Of a DNA stretch of 64,000 bases, positions 1 to 11,557 are shown piece after piece. Both the position numbers and the translations under genes were made by a program. Numbering within the stretch: position 1 is the first letter of the stretch; each line of letters begins with the position of its first letter. Source of the DNA: Ptychomitrium polyphyllum. Lineage: Eukaryota. The stretch lies in the NCBI GenBank assembly GCA_973851085.1, contig OZ316775.1:17174001-17238000 (forward strand). Direction: 5' to 3'. The notes under the pieces were generated by a model. That model was not told where the DNA came from and made no database searches. It worked only from the letters and a program-made list of their open reading frames with translations.

Positions 1-1402
1 CATGGCATACATGAGGCACCTTACTCCTGCTTTGTATGGAACTCCTTGCATTTTGCCCTCTACTTGAGCATATACCTCATCACTTAGCTTCATCAACCAC
101 AAGTTAGCCTCCAAGGGCGTTCCCACTGCCTTGCAATCTTCCATGTTGAATCCATTCATCACTCCCTCTATGTACTTCCTCTGACTCATGGTGATGGTCC
201 GCTTTGCACAATCCCTCACAAACTCCATTCCAAGAAAATAGTGCAATCCACTCAAATCACTCATCTCAAACTCCTGCTCTAATTTGGCCTTCAATCATTC
301 TAGCTTTTCCAAAAGGTTGGCCAACATAACCAAGTAATCCACATATATAATCAACATCAACAAAAATTCCATGGTTTGCATCACATACAAGGAATGATCC
401 GCCCCACTTTTCACAAATCCTTCCTTCCTAAAGAATGCATCAATGCGTTGGTACCATGCCCTTGGTGATTGCTTCAGTCCGTATAGGGCCTTTTTCAACC
501 TACAAACAAGGTGCTACAAGCCCTCATGTATAAATCCTGCAGGTTCCTCCATGTAGGTGTCTTCTTCCAAGTCTCCATTTGAAAAGGCCGACTTCACATT
601 CATCTAATGAACCTCCAAGTCCATTGCCGCCGCTATGGCCAAGATGGTCCTAATGGCGGTGAACTTGGCCACTGATGCAAATGTCTCATTGAAGTCCACA
701 CCAGCAACTTGTGAGTATCCTTTGGCAACTAGTCTTGCCTTGTGCCTTATAATTGCACCCAAAGCATCCCTCTTGGTTCTAAACACCCACTTGCAACCTA
801 TGGAAGAACAAATTGGAGGAAGTTGAGTCAAGTGCTATGTGCCATTGTCCATGAGGGACTTATACTCCTCTTCCATAGCCTTCTCCTACTTCACGGCATC
901 CGTGGACTTCAAGGCATCGCACATAATTAAAGGATCAACAAGGAGGGCAACATTGGCATGTTTTGCACTCACTTTGGGAAACATGTGGTTCTTCAACCAA
1001 TCATTGGGTGGCCTCTTTTCCCTTATGGGGTACCTTCTACCACTCACTTCTTGTAATGCATCCACTTCTCTTTCACTTGGAGGTTGATCTTGCTCACTTG
1101 GATGAAGATGCTCACCATCATCTTGTGAGGCTCTTTTGATGGTCTTAAGGATGGAAGTCGCCTTGCTATCTCCTTCCATTGTTCCTTCACCTCCATCCAC
1201 AATTCCACTTTTTTGCTTAGTTGAAGTGGACGATGTGTCCACAATCACACCATTACTCCCACTTGGACACATCTCCAAGTGCTCACAAGCACTCTTGTGC
1301 TTTAAGAACTTATCACCAATATCCGACGCAATACCTTGATCTTGGACTCACATTGCTTCTCCATAAGCTCCTTGAACTCCTCAAACCTTGCAAAGCACTT
1401 GT

Positions 1403-2546
1403 TGTCGCAAATTTTTCCTTGAGGAGTGCCCGCAACATTTAGGGCACAAGGAGGACCTTGGAGTGATGTCCAGGACTTGTGGCGCCGATAGTGATGTGAA
1501 CCGAGTGGGTCTAGCGTGGGAAGGACCCTTAGGGGGAGAAACATCCTTGCCCACGTGGACCGAGGGCCACAAGCAATAAATCGTGAATATTGGAGGAATC
1601 ACAAAGAGTTGATTCTAGAATGCTAAAGATTGCTCAAATCGGACAAGGGAGCTAAAAATTATGGCATCCCAAAGTTACGGTTGCCAAGGGGTTGTTTTGG
1701 ACTGTGCCAACCCTATACAGTGACTATACTGAACTGGGACAGTCCAGGAGGGACTCCTCGAGAGTCTTGAACCTTAGGAGAGGTGTATCTCCCACAATAC
1801 TACTTCAAATCGGACATTTGAGGGGTCTATCAACATCTACCCAAAGAATAGATGACAATAGAGTGGTCGCTTGATACATTTCGGCACCGGATAAGGAACA
1901 TATGGCTCCCTAAAGCTCCGCTGGGGATCTCGGAGGCTTTCAGCGGCTAAGTCCCAAGGGAGATCGGATGGTCTTCTAAAACTTTAGGTGTGTCGGGGTT
2001 TAGCCAGCTACAAGAGCGCCAAGGGGCCTCCCGAATTCTACAGAGAGTACTATAAAGGAAGGCTGGTCTCCCTCCCCACTTCCCTGGTGTCTTGGTAAAG
2101 ACCAAGAGTGAGTTTTGGTTGGCAGAGCTAGTGTAAGAGCTTCACCACGGGGACTCCCACACCATTGTATGCCAGTGGATGACCGGTGTCATGAAGGAAA
2201 CTAGCACGTTTAAAAGGGTACGCTTGATACCACTAATTTGGGATGGTGTCTTTACGCGGCACCATGATAACCCGGGGTGATTTTAGAATCGCATGGAGAT
2301 CATGAGTGGTGGTGAGGAGACACCAATAAGTGCGGTTAGGCCGTGTATATTAAGAGTAACACCAAGTGAGGCCTTAGACATGAATGGAAGTCTGCACCTA
2401 ACCATTGGCTACCAACCAATTGGGTATCTTAAGAGAAATGTCAGAAAGACTTGGAAAGTGAGAATGCGGGTTATCCATGTGCATGTGGGAGTATACAGAA
2501 TTAACGCGCACGACGCTTGCTAAGGTGCATTACAAAGGTCGCAACA
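1403..2546 (+). repeat. 5' LTR (1144 bp) of the Galadriel-like element
   Basis: Starts tgtcgcaa, ends gtcgcaaca, is immediately followed by the PBS, and is homologous to 8009-9153, 14764-15908, 35448-36592 (rc) and 36806-37948. Confidence 0.93.
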
Positions 2547-2548
2547 TT

Positions 2549-2560
2549 TGGTATCAGAGC
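2549..2560 (+). promoter_or_regulatory. Primer binding site, tRNA-iMet 3' end
   Basis: tggtatcagagc two nt after the LTR end, the canonical plant iMet PBS. Confidence 0.95.
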
Positions 2561-2598
2561 AGGCTTTGAATATCCAAGTGCTACATTGCAAGGAGGCT

Positions 2599-5500
2599 AT
2601 GGATAAGAAGAAGGCTGGTGATGGCATTGAGCCCGGGGCCTCTAAACAACCATATACAAGGGTGAACAAAGACCACGATCCGATTAATGAGGCTCCATCT
2701 TTTGATTCCAATGAGCATGGGAATGACATTGGAGGCACCAAAGAAGTTGAGGAAACTCAACAAGACGAAGCATTGGAGGGTGGAGAGTACTCAGGAGCTA
2801 GGATTCCTGAGCCACCTGAGGGCCTAGAAAGTCAAGACCCTGACTTAAGTTTTCGCATGAAAATGCTCAAATTCATGGATGGTGTGAACCAAGAACTCAA
2901 GCGTGGCAAAGAAGAAAGGGCCCGTCAAAAGAGGTTGATTGAGCATTTGATGGCACAAGGTTCCAGGTCCTCATCTTCAACCAAAAAGTTGGCCAAGGCA
3001 AACATGCCAAGCACTTTTTTGAGGCTAGGTAAAGCGAGGAAGGTGAAGGAGTTTCTTTTGGAAATGGACAACTATTATGATGTGCAAAAGCCGGAAGAGG
3101 TGGACAAAGTTTCAATTGACGTGACCTTTTTGAAAGACCATGCTCTTCAATGGTGGACAAGTAAAAAGGAGCAAGAGCCGGAGTTGGTAACGACTTTGTC
3201 TTGGATCGGTTTTAAGGAGATTTTGAGTGAACACTTCACTCCGGAATACCAAGAGTTGAAGGAGGGCATGACCTTGGTGCAAATGAGGCACACCGGGTTG
3301 CTCAAGACTTATGTGCAAGATTTCAACGCCCAAATGAATGCCACACTCAGAATGGATGAGTTTTTAAAGAAATGCATCTTTTTGGGTGGGCTTCAAAAGT
3401 GGGTGGTAGACGCCTTGTTCAAATTTCCAAAGCTTCCAGAGGACATGGCGGGAATCATTAAGATTGCGGAAAGAATTGAAGCCGATGGACCCGAAAGAAA
3501 ATCAAGTAGTCCCTTTCAACAAAGTGGATTGAGCCGAAATGTATCTCGCGGCGAAGAATGCAAGAAATTTGGCTTTGGGAACAAACACAAGGAACAAATA
3601 GATGGAAGGGCCTACAACAAAGTGGACCACTATGAAAAAAAACCATTCAAATCGAGAGATAAGAGTGCTGAGGTGAAGCACAAGCGTTGCCACGGGTGTG
3701 GCAAGATTGGTCACTTCATTGCAAATTTCCCCGATAAAAAGGTGAGTACCAACGCTTGTCACACTTGTGTTGTGGATCACATTTTAGAAGGTGGATTTGT
3801 GGCCAAGGCTAGTAGCCTTAAGCCAAGGTCGAGTCTCTTATACCTTGAGGTAGAAATAACTGGAAAAAATGTCTCATATTTGATTGACACAGGGGCAACG
3901 CACTCCTTCATGAGTGCCAAGCTAGCAAGGGAGTTGGGCTTGTCGGCTCAAAAAGATAGAAAGCCTATCAACGTGCGATTTGCAAAAGGCAAATCGTATG
4001 AGACAAAAGAGGTGGTGTTGGATGTGGCCTTAAGTAGTGGGACATTGGAGTTGAAGGAAAGTTTTACACTATGAGAGAAGGATGAGGTAGACCTCATTTT
4101 AGGTGATACCTTTTTTGAAACTCATGTGGTGGATGTGAAGCAAAAGCCAACACGGTTAGTAGTGCGCCGTGGTAGGAAAGAGACAATATTGAAGTTGACA
4201 AGGACTCCTATGGTTGCGGGAGGAAAGTTGAATTTAGTCTCATTAGAGCAATTAGAGAATAATCAATTTGTGATTGTGATGCGAATGGAGCAAAAAGAGG
4301 GGAATAGGCCAAGTGCCAAGGACGTTAGGACTATTCCCAAGTGCATTCAAAATGTACTAAGTGGTTACAAGGATGTGCTCACCAATGAGCTGCCCACAGA
4401 GTTACCGCCAAGAAGAGAAGTGGATTACAAAATTGAAGTGATATTGGGAATGGAGCCCCCTTCAAAGGCTCCATACCGGTTGAACCAAAAAGAGCTAGAG
4501 GAGTTGAAGAAGCAAATGAATGACTTGTTGGAAAGAGGCTATGTTAGGCCAAGTAAGTTGCCATATGGAGCACCGGTCCTCTTCGTAGACAAAAATGATG
4601 ACAAGCTCCGCATGTGTGTCGACTATAGAGCCTTAAATAAAGCCACCATCACGAACAATTATCCTTTGCCTCGGATTGATGATCTCTTTGATAGATTGGC
4701 GGGAGCTAAATACTTTAGTCAAATAGACTTGAAGTCGAGCTACTATCAAATCTGCATTGCGGATGAAGATGTGCCAAAGACCGCATGCCGCACTAGGTAT
4801 GGGTCCTATGAATTTTTGGTGATGCCATTCGGGTTGTGTAATGCTCCTTCGACATTCACGACCCTCATGAATACCATCTTTTGAGAAGAGATGGATGACT
4901 TTGTCATTGTCTACATTGATGACATCTTGGTGTACTCCAAGTCGGCGGAAGAACATGCAAGGCACCTCGAAGTGGTGCTTCAAAAGCTTAGGGACCAATA
5001 TGCCAGCGGAGAAAAGAGTGAGTTTGCTCATTTTGAGATTGAGTTCGTGGGCCATATAGTGATGGATGATGGAATCAAGCCGGATATAAGGAAGATAAAG
5101 GCAATTAGAGAGTAGAAACAACCTTCTATACTAAAGGGGCTGAGATCATTTCTCGGCCTAGCAAATTATTATAAGAGGTTCATACGCAACTTCTCCAAAA
5201 TTGCTAGACCTTTGTCCGACTTGTTGAAGAAAGGAGCTAGCCAAATATGGGATGAATTTTGTCACCAAGCTTTTAAAGAACTCAAGGTTAAGTTGTCACA
5301 ATCGTTGGTATTGAAGTTTTGGGAGATTGAAAAGCCCTTTGAGGTCCACACGGATGCAAGGGACTTTGCCATTGGCGGAGTGGTCATGCAAGAAGGCATG
5401 CCAATTGCCTATGAGAGCATGAAGTTGGATGGGTGCCAAAAGAGGTGGCCCACGCATGAGAAAGAACTCTTTGCCATAGTACATTGTTTGAAAACATGGC

Positions 5501-7190
5501 GGCACTACTTGGGCTTACATGAAACCAAAGTCTACACGGACAACGTGTCCTTGAAGTATTTTTAGCCACAAGCACAAATGAGTGCAAAACAATCGAGGTG
5601 GCACGACACCTTGGCACTCATGAATGTGGATTTGATCCACAAGCCGGAGCGTGACAATATAGTGCCGGATGCTCTAAGTAGGCGGGAGGAGTTGCAAGCG
5701 ATGGGCACAACCCAAGTCCTGCAAGTAATGTACAACGAAGAAGGCAATTTGCAAAGGAAGATAATAGAGGGGTACATGAAGGACTCGGAAGTACAAAGGC
5801 TTCTCGGTGAGCTTAAGAAGGGTAAGAAACTTAAGAAAATTAATTTGGAGAAGTGATTGCTCAAGTACAAACAAATTCGGATGTATGTGCCTCAAGGAAA
5901 ACTACGGTTGTTGGTTTTGAAAGAAGAACATGATAGTCCCATAGCCGGACATAGAAGGAGAAAAACCACCATAGCGGCGGTGTCAAGAAGGTACTATTGG
6001 CCGGGCATGATAGTAGACATCACTGACTTTGTGAAAACTTGTGTGAAGTGCCAACTCAATAGAGCCTCTTATTAAAAGCAAGTTGGTTTACTACAGCCTT
6101 TGCGAATCCGGTCAAGTCCGTGGCATACCGTGTCCATGGACTTCATCACAAGTCTTCCCTAATTGCAAGGGCATGATGCCATCTTTGTGATGGTGGATCG
6201 CTTTAGCAAGTTGGCACACATGGTGCCATCAAGTGGAATCGTAACTGCACATGAGACCGCAAAACTATTCCTCGATGCATGGTGGAAACATCACGGGTAG
6301 CCGAGAGTAATTGTGTTGGACCAAGATCCAAAATTCACTAGTGCTTTTTGGAAACATCTCTTTAGGAAAGTTGGAACCAAATTGATGTTTAGCACTGCCT
6401 TCCATCTTCAAACGGATGGGCAAACGGAATGAGTGAACTGAGTCTTGAGCCAATACTTGAAGAACTTTGTGAGTGCGGACCAGTGCAATTAGGTGGATTA
6501 TGTGAGCCTAGCGGAGTTCAGTTACAATGCGGCCAACCATTTGGCGACAAAGCAGTTGCCATTTAAGGTGGCATATGGAGTAGAGCCACTTCAGCCTGCC
6601 AATTTAGCTTTCGAAAGGGCACATTCAACACTAGAGTTTAACCAAGATGGTGAAAACTTGGCCAAAAAGCGAGAACAAATGTTGGAGAAGACCAAGCTTT
6701 TGTTGGAAAAGACACAAAAGCGGTACAAAATACAAGTCAAAGCCTAAAGACGTGAAGTGGAGTATGAAGTAGTCCAAAAGATATTGTTGAATGTGAAGAA
6801 TATTAGCTTGCCCGAAGGCCTCACTCCAAAGTTCATGTCCAAGTTTGCAGGGCTGTTTTCTATTGTGGAGCGGGTGTTTAAAGATGTGTATAAGTTGGAG
6901 CTACCACCCAAAATCAAAGTGCACCCAACATTTCATGTCTCATTCCTTAAGCCATTCAAAAAAGATACCTTGTGGCCCAATTGCAAGTAAGTTATTTGGC
7001 CACCGCCGGAATCAGTGATCACTTGGAATACGAAGTAGAAGGAATTCTCAAGTGTAGGCATCACAAGAAAGTAGGAAAAGAATATTTAGTAAAGTGAAGA
7101 GGGTACTATGAAAAGGAAGCAACTTGGGTAGCAGCCAAGGACTTGGAAAATGCCAATGAAGTGGTGGAATGCTTTGAAAGGAATAGGAAC
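2599..7190 (+). pseudogene. gag-pol pseudo-ORF with C-terminal chromodomain
   Basis: ORF pieces at 2548, 4126, 4891, 5212, 5578, 5857, 6493 and 6757 are all in one frame, separated by roughly a dozen in-frame stops. Motifs: [58 protein letters not shown] integrase zinc finger, chromodomain EYEVEGIL..EYLVK*RGY..EATW (about 7017-7190, frameshifted). Likely start ATG at 2599. Confidence 0.93.
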
Positions 7191-8008
7191 TCCAATAAAA
7201 GACAACGTTGGCATTGATGAAGACATCAATCTCTTTTAGTAGGGGGAGAGAGGCTTGTAGAAGTAACTTCTTCACATCATGTATTAGTTCCTTGACTTAT
7301 GGCAATAAAGTTCAACTTTTGTGTGTGCAAAGAGAAGAGTATAAGATGACGTCATAATCTTGTACTTGTGCTAAGTTGGTAGAAGAGGGGGAATAGACAT
7401 GTGAAACCAAGTTGAGAAGGCCGAGTAATGGGGACCAAGACTGGGAGGAGGAATGGTTGAAACCATGAAACCTCGTCGCCTCGGGCTTGTCCTAGCGAGG
7501 ACAAGGTAATGGCGCGTGTTTATAAAAGCGCCAGTCCTACAAACTAATAAAAGTTAGTGCATGGGAGTCATAAACCCATGTCTCAATAAAAAGATAGTGG
7601 GATCCAGGTTGGGCGGGACTTGGCATTACCTTCGTGCGATTGAGTTGTGGAATACAAGCCACCTTGGGTTTGCAACCAAGACAACTTGGTGGAGCATTGA
7701 GGTCCATTCTAATTAGGAAGATAGGGTTAGGAAAGTGTAGCCTAACTAGGAAGTTTATCCCAAGAGAGTCTCAAAGTAGGTAGGTCTAGAGTAATTTAGG
7801 GCCGTAGGAATTTTGTCTAGGGTGCCTAAACAGACCACCTCCTAAACGACACCTTTGAGACTTTGCCAAAGATTTATAAGTGCATTGTGGGGGTCGCACC
7901 TTGGATAAAACACAATGCTGCACCACTAGAGGATGGCAACCTTGGAAGTGGTGTGCCAACTACAAGTATAGTCGATGAGGGCATCAATTCCATCAAGGTA
8001 GAAGTGAG

Positions 8009-9153
8009 TGTTGCGCACCTCTCCTTGAAGAGTGCCCGCAACATTAAGGGCACAAGGAGGACCCTGGAATGACGTTCAGGACTTGTGGCGCCGATAGTGA
8101 GGGAAACCGAGTGGGCCTAGCATGGGAAGGACCCCTAAAGGGAGAAACATTCTTGCCCATATAGACCGAGGGCCACGAGGGATAAATCATGGGCATTGAA
8201 GGAATCATGAAGAGTTGATTCTAGAATGCTAAAGATTGCCCAAATTGAGTATGGGAGCTAAAAGTTATGGCATCCCAAAGTTAGGGTTGCCAAGGAGCTG
8301 TTCTGGACTGTGGCAGCCCTACACAGTGATTGTACTGGACTGGGACAGTCTAGGGAGGAATTCCCTGGGAATCCGAACCTTGAGAGAGGTGTATGTCCCA
8401 CAGTACTAACTCAAATCGGATGTTTGAGGGATCTTTCGATATCTACTCAAAGAGTAGATGACAATAGAGTAGTTGCTCAATACATACCGGCACCGGATGA
8501 AGAACATATGGCTCCGTGAAGGTCCGCTAGGAGTTCCGGAGGCTTCCAGCGGCTAAGTCCTTAGGGCGATTGGGTGGTTTTCTAAAACTTTAGGTGTGTC
8601 AGGATTCAGCCAGCTACAAGAGCGCCAGGGGGCCTACCAAATTCCACAGAGAGTACTATCAGCGAGGGCTGGTCCCCCTCCTTACTCCCCTAATGTCTCG
8701 GTAGAGACTAAGGGCGGGTCTTGGTTGGTGGAGCTAGTGTAAGAGCTTCACCAAAGAGACTCCCACACCATGGTGAGCCGGAAGATTGCCAGTTTCATGG
8801 AGGGAACTAGCACGTTTAAAAGGGTACGCTTGTTACCACTAATTTGGGGTGGTGTCTTTACGCCGGCACCATGATGGCTTGGGGTGATCTTAGGATAGCA
8901 TGGGGATCATGTGTGGTGGTGAGGAGACACCATTACATGCGGTTAGGCCGTGTATTTTGTAAATAACACCATGTGAGGCCTTGGACATGAATGGAAGTCT
9001 GTACTTAACCGTTCGTTTACAATCAATTGGATGTCTTAAGAAAAATGGTAGAAAGACTTGGAAAGTGAGAATGGGAGTTAACCATGTGCATGTGGGAATG
9101 TATAAGGTTGATGGGCGTGACGCTAGCTAAAGTGCATTACAAGTATTGCGACA
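8009..9153 (+). repeat. 3' LTR (1145 bp) of the Galadriel-like element, preceded by purine tract 7995-8008
   Basis: tgttgcgcacc...attgcgaca, preceded by aaggtagaagtgag. Confidence 0.93.
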
Positions 9154-11164
9154 CTTGCTCTTGGCCTTGAGGATTAACACCCACATTTTCCTCAAAAAAT
9201 CATTAATGAAGGTGAGGAAATACCTTGCGCCTTCCATGGATGGAGTCTTCATAGGTCTACACACGTCGAAATGTACAATCTCCAACAATAGGCTTACTCC
9301 AGTTGCCACTCCACTTGGAAACGACGCGCTTTGTTGCTTGCCTTCAATGCAACCCTCACAAATGAATTCCTTGGCAGTGTGGCATGTTCTACCCAAATCC
9401 AAGCCGCTTACCATGCCTTGGAGCTCCTTCATGGCCTTTACATTAAGGTGCCCAAGGCAACCATGCTATATCCCAAACTTGTCTTGATCTGGACTGAATT
9501 TAGCAAAGGTCACCACCTCCACTCCATTCACCTTTTTACAGTTGATGAAGTACAAATTGCCATCCCTCAATCCCGTGGCAACAACATCTCCACCTAATGA
9601 CTTCACAACACATATATTCACATTGAAATGAGCCACAAACCCTCGCATTACAAGTTTGCTCACCGAGAGGAGGTTGGACTTCATCTTTGGCACATGGAGC
9701 ACGTCCTTGAAGGTGATCTTCTTAGTCTTGTGTCCTCTAACAACCTCCACTATGATGGAACCCATTTCAATGGCCTCCACCACGCCATTGTCACCCATGA
9801 GCACACTAGTAGCTGCAATTGCCTCATAAGTATGGAATGGGCACTTGTAAGGAGTCATATGCTTTGTGGCGCCCGAATCAACTATCCACTTGGATAGGGC
9901 CGCCATAGGTGCCCCTTCGCTTGCCATGAAGGCACAATCACCACCTCCAAGGTGGCCCATCACATGGTTGGCATCCTCCCTCTTTCGTCTCTTGGCCTTG
10001 TAACAATTTCGAGCAAAATGACCTGGTTTTCCACACACAAAGCACGTTCTAAGATTTGGACGTTGATTAGAATAGGTGGCCTTGCCTTGCCTCAAGAAGA
10101 GGGCGGAGTCTTCACTTGAAGCCGCCTTCTCCTTCCTCGTGGTGTCCTCGTGGATCAATCTTGCCGTCACATAGTCCATGGTGAGGTCCTTGATGGGAAT
10201 GGACTCCAAGGCCACTATGAGATAGTTATAGGACTCCGGCAAGCTCATGAGCAATGTAATCACAACATCCGACTCCTCCAATGGCTTGTCCACGATGACA
10301 AGTTGCCTTGCAAGGGCCTTCAACTTGTTGACATGCGCCATGAGGTCGTGCTTTTCTTCCATCTTGCAGTTCAAGAACTTCTTCGTTGTGAAGATGATGT
10401 TGGAGAAGTTCTTGCTCTCATAGATGTTGCAAAGTATCTTCTACGGTTTTGCTAGTCCTTTGCAAGTCATGATATGGGCAAAGTTGGCATCATCAAGGTT
10501 GGTGGCAAGGATGCCAATGCCTTCTTTTCACATTGTTGGAACTCCTTCCTCTCCTTTGCATTTTCTGGCAATGGTGGAGCAACGTCATTCTCATCTATGA
10601 TGTCCCTAAGGTTCAAAGAAGCCAACAAGAGCTCCATCGTAACCTTCCATTGGTAGAAGTTTTTACCATGAAACTTTTGAATGACCTTCAAATTTTCACC
10701 TTTACTTGAAGCCATGCCTTAAGAAGAGAGGTAAAAAGTGTACCTTCAAACAAACTATTTCCTTGACTCCTCTGCTTCTCACAAGTCTTCACAACTATGA
10801 GTCCAAAGACAAGCTTTTCAACTCACTATGTCCACTCAATAAGCACACTTTTCAATGAATTCACAAGATAACAACACCAAGCACAATAAGTTGGTGTTAA
10901 GAAGCTTGAATTTCAACAAAGATACTATCAAGGTCTTATCATCATTCAAAGCAACTCACTATCCAAGGAAATTCAACATCCCCAACCCTACAAGAGCTTC
11001 AAAACATCAAACCAAGCATCAACATGTGCAAAACCTCAAAGTTAGGCATTTCTAACTCTATCTTCAATAACTATCAAGTGATCTTGCTCCACACAAGAAC
11101 AACAACTACAAACACTTCAAGCTACTTCAAAAGGCACAACTAAGTGTGAGTGGGTCTATAAGTC

Positions 11165-11557
11165 TACTGATGAAATGCAACAAAGCTAGTACAGCAAGCA
11201 AAAAGAGAAAACAAAGTTGCAACAAGAGAAGTGTGGAGCAAGATGACTTCCACTTTCAAAACCCCTTTATTTATATTTGGGTGTCATCCACCAAAGTGTA
11301 GCACTTGGTGGCCATGCACTGTCCTCCACTAAATGAGTGCCATGTGGAGGCCAACGCTACCTGCCATAGCCGTTGTAGCCGCCACCCTAATCTTAATGGC
11401 CGCCCTATCCCTAGCTGCCATAATAAAACCCTTATTGCTTTTTCTTAATCCTAGCCACCATATCCTCTATGGCCTCTTTCTTGACACCACTTTCACCATT
11501 AGCAACCAATCAAACTCTAGTCCTACATAAGGAACCATCAACTAGGTTCTCTTAACA
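11165..11557 (-). repeat. 5' LTR of the copia element with adjacent degenerate half-tRNA-Met-type PBS (11151-11164)
   Basis: About 390 bp, homologous to 34386-34804 and 60730-61129. The internal side reads gacttatagaccca on the minus strand, resembling the GGTTATGGGCCCA internal tRNA-iMet primer site of copia/Ty5-type elements. Confidence 0.8.

Larger units (their letters stand above)
1403..9153 (+). mobile_element. Full-length Ty3/gypsy chromovirus (Galadriel-like), non-functional
   Basis: TG..CA LTRs at 1403-2546 and 8009-9153. Flanks cttgt (1398-1402) and cttgc (9154-9158) form a 4/5 TSD, and the host copia integrase resumes in register (ILKAKSK|CFARFEEF). PBS, gag-PR-RT-RH-INT-chromodomain and PPT are present. 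The Galadriel label is an inference from gag/RH motifs, the Met PBS and the chromodomain. Confidence 0.95.
1..11557 (-). mobile_element. Decayed Ty1/copia LTR retrotransposon (5' LTR, gag, protease, integrase, RT; 3' part lies before the window), interrupted by a gypsy insertion
   Basis: Minus-strand ORF fragments show gag (10467-10715; 9466-10374 with zinc knuckle CFVCGKPGHFARNC and protease WIVDSGATKHM), integrase (9154-9432, CEGCIEGKQ...LEIVHFDVC...YFLTFINDF) and RT (604-831 CKWVFRTK...[12 protein letters not shown]; 295-498 KALYGLKQSPRAW...YVDY). The order PR-INT-RT is the copia order. Multiple stops and frameshifts. Confidence 0.95.

Noticed and set aside
2548..4074. 508-aa ORF as an intact gene or a programmed readthrough site at 4072
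   Set aside because: It is gag-protease starting at a TTG within the PBS. Many further in-frame stops follow, so the stop is decay.
8310..8519. Small ORF conserved with 36082-36291 (and similar ORFs at 1692, 2293, 35471) suggesting a peptide gene family
   Set aside because: All lie inside copies of the same LTR. Conservation reflects DNA identity, and other copies have stops and non-ATG starts.
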